Position numbers and translations under genes: made by a program. From positions 1 to 33,885 of the forward strand of contig JAHISL010000066.1 of NCBI GenBank assembly GCA_018818185.1: a stretch of DNA of 33,885 bases. Direction: 5' to 3'. Shown piece after piece: positions 7,530 through 12,928 of this stretch. This DNA comes from Patescibacteria group bacterium (GTDB lineage Bacteria > Patescibacteriota > Microgenomatia > UBA12405). Every line of letters begins with the position of its first letter. Position 1 is the first letter of the stretch. The notes under the pieces are model-generated. The model saw only the letters and a list, made by a program, of their open reading frames with translations, made no database searches and was not told the DNA's origin.

Positions 7530-9578
7530 TTCTAATGCCCCAACCTGAATAAGGCTAGAAAATATGTGACTTAAGCTTTCGATATCAAAGGGTAAGAAAT
7601 CATTTGATGTTGTCAAGACTTCGATTAATTCTGATAGTTTTATGTGACACAAATCTCCGGAAGATGTTCTCATTTCAAGTTTATGAAAGTTTGTCTGGGC
7701 TAAGGTAAATGACATGTCCATACGATCTTTGCGTCCAGGAAATTTCATAGAATTCGCAGTTTTTGCCTCACTAACAGGGAGGCTTGGAGGGACAAAAATA
7801 ATTCCAAAGGGTGTTTCCTTTTTTTCTAAAAGCAATTGGTTTTGAGTATAAGAAGAATTTAATTTAAGATGTTGTGAGCGAAGCAACGAAATTGATATAG
7901 CAGTAATTGTTTTTGAATCAGGGATTAGGCCATTTTTAAAGAGATCAATAAGTTCCTTGTTTGATACTTGTCCTGAATGTTTGGTTTTTCTGTTAATTTT
8001 ATTCTCAAGTTCTATTGCCCTGTTTACGTTTTCTGCGTCGAAAAAATTAGCATCCCACTTAAAAGATGGATTGTACCACTGTGTTTGGTCAATTCTTTCA
8101 ACAATTTTAGGAAAAATGTTAGGATATGTTTCAGACGTACTGCCAAAAGATAGGTTAATTATATCCAAAAAGTCAGGTCCAGATAAAACGGAAGGTCCAG
8201 TTAGCAGGGTTGATGTAGAAGTTTCCTCAGTGTCAAAAAAAGTTTTGGGATATGACAAGTCGACCCCGAATCCATTAACTCCAAAAAGGTAATTATTCTG
8301 GAGCCTAAGCACAGTATTGTCGCCATCTAAACTTGAGAGAACCAATGTGTTTGAGACGGTATTTGGTTTCTTCTCTTTTAAAGGATCCTGAGAAGTTAAG
8401 AATATCTCCTTCTCGCCTTTACTGGAGACAAATTTAGTAAAATGAAATTTTGATTCTTTTCGAATGTTTACATTTTCTGGAGGAAGCTTAACTTTACGAG
8501 TTACTAAGGCCACATTATCCATTTTCTGATCTTTGAGAGTGGTGGGTCTGATTTCATAAGGTATTGATTGATCAGGAGAGAAAATGGTAATCAACTTAGT
8601 ACAAGAATCTTGCCATTTTTCCCGGTTTGTCAACAAAATCTCAGCTGTGCTCATTGCCAAAGAAGGGCGACCATAAAAGTCCATTCTATTGTAATGATAA
8701 GCAGAAAGTATGCCCACCGAATATGGACCATTAATGGGAAAAACAGAATGAATTTTATAAACAGAATCACTCCGATTAAGAATCTGTCCGTGTTCATGGT
8801 CAATTAATATCCTTATTGGTGGACAAGAAACAATAGAAGGCAAGGGTGGAACATATTTTTCTAAACTTTTTGAAAGGTTTTTCCATGCTACAAGTTCATG
8901 ATCAGCCCTTTCGATCTGGTGGACATTCCAGGGAATCAACGGTAGCAGAGGATATGATTTGTCACGGTGACTGCTGCCAAAGATACTTAAATTTCGATAT
9001 CGTCCCATAATTTCATTGGCATCTAAATCTGTAGCTGAGACAATTCTTTTGGTGTCAGGAACATTATCTGTAATAACCACGTCAAGGGGCGAAAAGCTTT
9101 TATATGGTAACTGATGTTCTGACTTAATACCTGAAATTTCGACAATTGTAAGAGGTTTGTGATCTTGAATGCATTTTATAAAACGATGAAGTCCATCAAC
9201 AATATTTGAGTTTTTAAAATCAACTTTCTCATCTGAATCTAATATCTCAACCAAGGGAGGAGTAATAATTGCTCCGTCTTTTAATTGATAAAGTCCATCA
9301 ACCTCGTTTAGGGGTTTACCAATTTCCTCTTTACACTTAGCATCAAGAGAAGGATATGATTCTAAGTTTTGCTGTAACGCATAGAGAGCTATGGCTCCAT
9401 AATCTGCAAGCCTATCGGGGGGAATAGTAACGATCTTTATGGTGGCGTGTTCGTAGGGCTTGGTCGTGCCATCAACAAGAGTGACCTTTCTTAAAGCGTT
9501 AACCAATTTTTGCCTTTCTGGTGCAAGTGAAAATTCTTGAGAATTAATACTATTTGGTTGACTATCAAGAATGGCCAT
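7515..9578 (-). CDS. Large multidomain protein (687 aa) with N-terminal ParB/sulfiredoxin-like (DGxHR) domain; C-terminal ~530 aa unassigned
   Basis: Residues ~45-150 read TIKIVTIPPDRL...PPLVEILDSDEKVDFKNSNIVDGLHRFIKCIQDHKPLTIVEI. This is the strand - DGxHR - helix - strand arrangement of ParB N-terminal / Srx / DUF262-type domains, with the DGLHR codons at 9183-9197. There is no Walker A, no TM segment and no SD. The existence of the CDS is high confidence; the domain call is moderate. Confidence 0.6.
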   Translation of the reverse strand: MAILDSQPNSINSQEFSLAPERQKLVNALRKVTLVDGTTKPYEHATIKIVTIPPDRLADYGAIALYALQQNLESYPSLDAKCKEEIGKPLNEVDGLYQLKDGAIITPPLVEILDSDEKVDFKNSNIVDGLHRFIKCIQDHKPLTIVEISGIKSEHQLPYKSFSPLDVVITDNVPDTKRIVSATDLDANEIMGRYRNLSIFGSSHRDKSYPLLPLIPWNVHQIERADHELVAWKNLSKSLEKYVPPLPSIVSCPPIRILIDHEHGQILNRSDSVYKIHSVFPINGPYSVGILSAYHYNRMDFYGRPSLAMSTAEILLTNREKWQDSCTKLITIFSPDQSIPYEIRPTTLKDQKMDNVALVTRKVKLPPENVNIRKESKFHFTKFVSSKGEKEIFLTSQDPLKEKKPNTVSNTLVLSSLDGDNTVLRLQNNYLFGVNGFGVDLSYPKTFFDTEETSTSTLLTGPSVLSGPDFLDIINLSFGSTSETYPNIFPKIVERIDQTQWYNPSFKWDANFFDAENVNRAIELENKINRKTKHSGQVSNKELIDLFKNGLIPDSKTITAISISLLRSQHLKLNSSYTQNQLLLEKKETPFGIIFVPPSLPVSEAKTANSMKFPGRKDRMDMSFTLAQTNFHKLEMRTSSGDLCHIKLSELIEVLTTSNDFLPFDIESLSHIFSSLIQVGALELILK

Positions 9579-9593
9579 TTTCTATATTATAAT

Positions 9594-10274
9594 ATGGATA
9601 TGGTTTTCGAGTTCGAAAAGAATAAATGGTGGCAAACGTCTGATGAAAAAACAATTTCAGTGCTGATTGGGGAGGCGAAAATAAATAGCAAGTTTAAGGA
9701 TTACCTTGAAAATTTGTCGACCAAAGAGGGTTTAAAGATTAAAAAGATAGAAAGCTGTGAAATTGTCGGTAATTTTATCTTCTTGAAAGTGGCGTCTGAA
9801 GTTGAACTGACAAATCAACTGGTTGAAAAGGAAATGGTTCTGACTCGGACAGAGAAAACTTCTGGAGGAAGGTGCCTACTGTCTTTTGAAGTAAATGATA
9901 GAAAAATGATGGTTAGCGATTCTGGAGAAAGTATAGTAACTTTTTTCCCAGATTTTTCTAAGGAAAAGTTGTGCTATTTCCCAAAAAAAATCGAGAATGA
10001 ACTTGGGAAAATATTGGGAGAAAGGTGGTCGGTAAAAAAAATTGAGGATTTAGGAAGCGTTTATCCTTTTTTAGAAATTACACCTGAAAAAGTACCCATT
10101 TTTTGGATAGAATTGTCATGTAGTCAGAAAATAAATATAGAAATAGATAAAAGTGAATATGTTAAAAAATACGATGAACTGTCTGAGTTATTGGTTAAAC
10201 TTAATGATGCAATTGCTTTGTCAATTGTTGGGCGAAAGATGCATCTAGAAAAGAGAAATGGACGAAATAATTGA
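9594..10274 (+). CDS. Nudix-fold paralog 1 (226 aa), shortened, Nudix box eroded
   Basis: It aligns with the next two ORFs at KNKWWQTSD, SFEVND, IEDLGSVYP and the C-terminal NDAIALSIVGR. No GX5EX7REUXEE motif is present. The track start at 9537 is a TTG reaching into the divergent gene; ATG 9594 or ATG 9600 is more plausible. Confidence 0.55.
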   Translation: MDMVFEFEKNKWWQTSDEKTISVLIGEAKINSKFKDYLENLSTKEGLKIKKIESCEIVGNFIFLKVASEVELTNQLVEKEMVLTRTEKTSGGRCLLSFEVNDRKMMVSDSGESIVTFFPDFSKEKLCYFPKKIENELGKILGERWSVKKIEDLGSVYPFLEITPEKVPIFWIELSCSQKINIEIDKSEYVKKYDELSELLVKLNDAIALSIVGRKMHLEKRNGRNN

Positions 10275-11013
10275 AAATATTAAAAAGTTAAGCTGGTTTA
10301 ATAATAGCCCTGGGGAAATCCAGGAAAAGTTGTTAAATGCACCTGAGAGTTTTGCTGGGTTTATGAAAGAATTGTCTGAAAGACCGGAACTTATAGGAAA
10401 TATCAAAATGCTTAGACTTATAGCGATAGAATTTGGAAACCACTTTGCCTTGCCAGTTTTTGAAGTCAAAAATGAAAAAAGCGGATTAGTTTACGAATAT
10501 GAATATATTGGAAGAAAACGGGGCCCTCACCACAGCGTTCGAGGATTAATTGTACTTGAAAGTGAGGGGGAAGCAAAATATTTTATCGTTAGAAAAAGTG
10601 TAAGATTTGCGATTGGAAAAGAAGTGTGGGAATCGGTAGGAAGCATATATAACCCCGAAAAAGAAATACGACAAGATAAATATAAATTTAAAAACTATCT
10701 TGAAAATGAAATAGCCGAACAATTTAAACTACCCAAGATCTCTTTTGATAGGTTTTATGATTTAGGAATGGTTTATCCTGATGTGGGAATGTCTTCTCAC
10801 GAAGTATCTTTGTTTGCGGGAGTAATTAAAGAGAACGATTGGAATGCAATGATAGAGTTACTTAAAGATAAAATAGTTTCTGCAAAAAACTACGAGTATG
10901 AATATATCTTTGTGCCAGCTGATGAGCTTTTGGAATATTTGACAAAAACAAACGATGCCCATGCACTGGCGATCTTTGGAAGATTACAGGCCTTAAATGT
11001 AATAAAATTGTAG
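10258..11013 (+). CDS. Nudix-fold paralog 2 (251 aa), GX5E retained but REUXEE lost
   Basis: KLSWFNNSP; VFEVKNEKSG...RKRGPHHSVRGLIVLESEGEAKYFIVRKSVRFAIGKEVWESVGSIYNPE aligns with paralog 3. Further matches are DLGMVYPDVG and the C-terminal NDAHALAIFGR. It overlaps paralog 1 by 17 nt, which suggests translational coupling. Confidence 0.6.
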   Translation: MDEIIENIKKLSWFNNSPGEIQEKLLNAPESFAGFMKELSERPELIGNIKMLRLIAIEFGNHFALPVFEVKNEKSGLVYEYEYIGRKRGPHHSVRGLIVLESEGEAKYFIVRKSVRFAIGKEVWESVGSIYNPEKEIRQDKYKFKNYLENEIAEQFKLPKISFDRFYDLGMVYPDVGMSSHEVSLFAGVIKENDWNAMIELLKDKIVSAKNYEYEYIFVPADELLEYLTKTNDAHALAIFGRLQALNVIKL

Positions 11014-11021
11014 CCTGAATA

Positions 11022-11049
11022 TTGACACTATAAGATAATTTGATATAAT
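11022..11049 (+). promoter_or_regulatory. Near-consensus sigma70-type promoter with extended -10
   Basis: TTGACA (11022-11027), a 16-nt spacer, then TGATATAAT (11041-11049). It lies 9 nt after the stop of paralog 2. Confidence 0.7.
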
Positions 11050-11055
11050 CCTATC

Positions 11056-11212
11056 AGACTATTAAGTCGGTGAATAAACGAGCCAAAAGCTCGGACATTA
11101 ATAAATAGATCTGTTATTTGCACAAAGCTTGAACAAGTTTTTGAACGCCTGAATTGTATTTCCTATCAATCTAAAACTTATATTAAAACGCCCCGTTTGC
11201 GGGGTATTTTTT
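11056..11212 (+). ncRNA. Candidate ~155-nt small RNA, or terminator-containing 5' leader of the third Nudix gene
   Basis: It is bounded by the consensus promoter and an intrinsic terminator. It has no ATG-initiated ORF and an internal hairpin CGAGC-CAAAA-GCTCG (11079-11093). Its 5' end, TATCAGACTATT, is complementary to 11258-11269. Confidence 0.45.
11187..11212 (+). terminator. Rho-independent terminator
   Basis: AAAACG CCCCG TTTG CGGGG T A TTTTTT. The stem is 11191-11195 / 11200-11204 plus a G-U pair, followed by a 6-T run at 11207-11212. The preceding A-run makes it potentially bidirectional. Confidence 0.8.
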
Positions 11213-11228
11213 GGTATCTAGTTTTAGT

Positions 11229-11272
11229 GGGTATCAGATTGTGGCCTATAAATAGGCAATAGTCTGATACCC
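11229..11272. promoter_or_regulatory. Nested dyad symmetry (operator-like or RNA hairpin) upstream of the third Nudix gene
   Basis: GGGTATCAGA (11229-11238) and TCTGATACCC (11263-11272) form a perfect 10-bp inverted repeat. They enclose the palindrome GCCTAT-AA-ATAGGC (11244-11257), which contains a TATAAA -10-like hexamer. Confidence 0.55.
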
Positions 11273-11339
11273 ATCTGGGTAGAAAAATTTTACGCGAAAG
11301 GGGAAAGTAACTATACAAAAATAGAAAAGGGAGTAATCA

Positions 11340-12236
11340 ATGATATATGTGAGTGATTTGGAGTTATTGCTTATACTTGTTGTTTTAAGTATAGGCTGTT
11401 GTATTGTCCTACTGGCCGTTGGTCTAGTAGGTTTTTTGTTGTACTTCAAGAACCGAAAAAGGAGAATGACCATGGAAAAGCTTAGTGAAAAACGTATGGC
11501 TCAAATTGAAATGCTTGAAAAGCATGACTGGTGGAACGCCACCGATGCAGCGATCCGTCTGAAAATTGCTTATCTCCCTGAAAAAAAGTGGGACGGAGCA
11601 ATTGAGGATCTGATCAACCGGACAGACATTGTCGGTGGACTGGAGCAGAAACGAATCATTCGCTTTGAAACCGACGCCGGCCAGTTTGGTGGTTTGATCA
11701 ACTTTGAGGTAGTTAACCACCACGACGGCGACAAAGTTCAGAGTTACATGTACTGGACTTGGCGTAACGGACCAGCAAGTGGCGCAAAGGGTACCGTCTT
11801 TGTAGCCAGTAACGGTGTTATCACCCATTTCGTCCGACTTTATGCGGAAAAATTCGCAATCGGAGGCGAGGTGGTTGACGACTCAATCGGCGGATTTGGC
11901 GCAGTTGGCGAGGATTCGTTGACGACCTGGATACGTGAGCTGACGGAAGAGTTGCACACCGAACTCAAGATCATCAAGGTTGTAGATCTTGGACCAGTAC
12001 GCACCGATTCCGGATTAGGCAATATGATGCCAAATGTTTTCTTTGCCATTGTCGATGGTGAAGGTTTGGATCTGAGCGCTGATAGCCCACTTTTGGACCG
12101 ACCGGAGGTTGAGTCCAAGTATACCCTGGCGCCTATCGCCGAATACCCCCAATTCTTACGCGAGACCGATTCGGGCTATGCTCTCCAGGTGGCTGGACGC
12201 ATGCAAGGACACGGTTTTTCAGTAAGTCTCACATAA
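11340..12236 (+). CDS. Membrane-anchored Nudix hydrolase (298 aa), paralog 3, catalytic box intact
   Basis: The Nudix box GFGAVGEDSLTTWIRELTEELHT (11892-11960) fits GX5EX7REUXEE exactly; only the trailing GU deviates. The N-terminal helix LELLLILVVLSIGCCIVLLAVGLVGFLLYF is followed by KNRKRR. GGGAG lies 6 nt before ATG 11340. A second SD, AAGGAG (11459-11464), lies 7 nt before the in-frame ATG at 11472. Confidence 0.8.
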   Translation: MIYVSDLELLLILVVLSIGCCIVLLAVGLVGFLLYFKNRKRRMTMEKLSEKRMAQIEMLEKHDWWNATDAAIRLKIAYLPEKKWDGAIEDLINRTDIVGGLEQKRIIRFETDAGQFGGLINFEVVNHHDGDKVQSYMYWTWRNGPASGAKGTVFVASNGVITHFVRLYAEKFAIGGEVVDDSIGGFGAVGEDSLTTWIRELTEELHTELKIIKVVDLGPVRTDSGLGNMMPNVFFAIVDGEGLDLSADSPLLDRPEVESKYTLAPIAEYPQFLRETDSGYALQVAGRMQGHGFSVSLT

Positions 12237-12254
12237 CAGATCTACCTGAAGGAT

Positions 12255-12287
12255 GGGGGCTAATTGGCTTTGGTCAAATTAGCCCCC
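12255..12287 (+). other. Perfect 11-bp GC-capped hairpin 19 nt after the Nudix-3 stop (U-tract-less terminator or stabiliser?)
   Basis: GGGGGCTAATT (12255-12265), an 11-nt loop, then AATTAGCCCCC (12277-12287). No T-run follows. Confidence 0.5.
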
Positions 12288-12312
12288 ACTGGAGGGCACC
12301 GAATAAAAGTCA

Positions 12313-12377
12313 CGTCCCTGGACGTAAGAAATGCTGCTGGCCCAACGGCCAGCAACCAATAACTTACACCAGGGACG
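12313..12377 (+). other. 65-nt rod-like GC-rich stem-loop (candidate structured RNA or palindromic element)
   Basis: CGTCCCTGG-AC-GTAAG (12313-12328) pairs with CTTAC-AC-CCAGGGACG (12363-12377), giving 9 + 5 bp around a 2x2 internal loop. The apical hairpin is TGCTGGCC-CAAC-GGCCAGCA (12335-12354). Confidence 0.5.
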
Positions 12378-12406
12378 AACAATACTTTTAATTTTTAAAA
12401 TAAAAC

Positions 12407-12428
12407 AAGTAAAAAGTTACTTATTTTT
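12407..12428 (+). terminator. Weak AT-only hairpin plus T-run
   Basis: AAGTAA-AAAG-TTACTT followed by ATTTTT. The stem is weak. Confidence 0.3.
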
Positions 12429-12442
12429 AATATAAACTAAAA

Positions 12443-12607
12443 ATGTTGACAAAAATTGAAATTGTTAATTTGGTTAATGAAAAAAATTTATCTGAGAAAT
12501 CTCTTCTGTATGTCAAACATATTTTGCGGAATTTTGAAGAAAAGGAAATTGTTTCAGAAGAAAAAATTATCGCAATTAAAAAAATACTTAGTCTCGAACA
12601 AAGCTAA
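12443..12607 (+). CDS. Possible 54-aa small protein (below the ORF-track cutoff)
   Basis: My translation is MLTKIEIVNLVNEKNLSEKSLLYVKHILRNFEEKEIVSEEKIIAIKKILSLEQS. TATAAA (12431-12436) lies 6 nt before the ATG, which is leaderless geometry. The 3' end overlaps the convergent 105-aa ORF by 20 nt. There is no homology evidence. Confidence 0.3.
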   Translation: MLTKIEIVNLVNEKNLSEKSLLYVKHILRNFEEKEIVSEEKIIAIKKILSLEQS

Positions 12608-12905
12608 AGCGAACAGATGAATCTTGACCTTCATTTCCAAAACGAGTTACTCTGATACTTTGAGTGGGGAGAATTAAGACAACATTTGAACCGCTAAGAA
12701 AGGCATCCTTTACTTGTACAACTTCACGATAGTCGGAATGAAAACTCATTACAACTCGATCATCTTGGGATGCCATCAATCCAAGGGTGCAAAAAGTATC
12801 TCTTAATTGTTTATATTCTTTAGAAGAAGTTTCGTTTTCACCTGAAGGGATTGAACCACGCTTGGGGCAACCTGGACAATTTCTTGTTTCGTATTTTAAA
12901 GTCAT
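12588..12905 (-). CDS. Hypothetical 105-aa protein
   Basis: An ORF downstream of rfbD with an N-terminal CPGCP and no recognisable family. TGATATAAT (minus strand, 12919-12911) lies 5 nt upstream of the ATG. Confidence 0.5.
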   Translation of the reverse strand: MTLKYETRNCPGCPKRGSIPSGENETSSKEYKQLRDTFCTLGLMASQDDRVVMSFHSDYREVVQVKDAFLSGSNVVLILPTQSIRVTRFGNEGQDSSVRFSFVRD

Positions 12906-12928
12906 AGACGATTATATCATTAGTGCTA

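Noticed and set aside
7776-7792. G-rich run GGGAGGCTTGGAGGG, together with GGAGGGAGGGAGGG at about 26696-26712, as possible extra copies of the GC-rich palindromic element
   Set aside because: They are not palindromic and lack the AAACCYACCCCT arm. They are explained by PPSLP-type proline/serine codons read on the opposite strand.
8604-8741. PINGPYSVGILSAYHYNRMDFYGRPS...LLTNREKWQD in the ParB-like protein weakly resembles the RNGPASGAKG...FVR...RELTEE region of the Nudix paralogs, so it could be a fourth, internal Nudix-like module
   Set aside because: The similarity is limited to a few residues, the spacing to the RE dipeptide is wrong for a Nudix box, and I cannot align it convincingly by eye.
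8748-8801. DHEHGQILNRSDSVYKIH in the ParB-like protein resembles an H-N-H (beta-beta-alpha-Me) nuclease spacing
   Set aside because: The match is too short, lacks the flanking Cys/His zinc ligands and could be coincidence. I did not annotate a nuclease domain; it needs a profile or structure search.
9537-9593. TTG-initiated 19-codon N-terminal extension of Nudix paralog 1 given in the ORF track
   Set aside because: It would start inside the divergent ParB-like gene. The ATGs at 9594 and 9600 sit just after the TATAAT box, and similarity to the paralogs begins after them.
11246-12118. Minus-strand ORFs of 75, 134 and 92 aa antisense to the Nudix-3 gene and its upstream dyad
   Set aside because: Long antisense ORFs are expected in a relatively GC-rich gene. 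The plus-strand frame carries an exact Nudix box and an SD, and the antisense products show no motif.
12255-12290. The hairpin GGGGGCTAATT...AATTAGCCCCC-A looked like a tRNA or tmRNA acceptor-type minihelix
   Set aside because: There are no D, anticodon or T arms, no CCA and no tmRNA tag-ORF features. It is better described as a plain hairpin.
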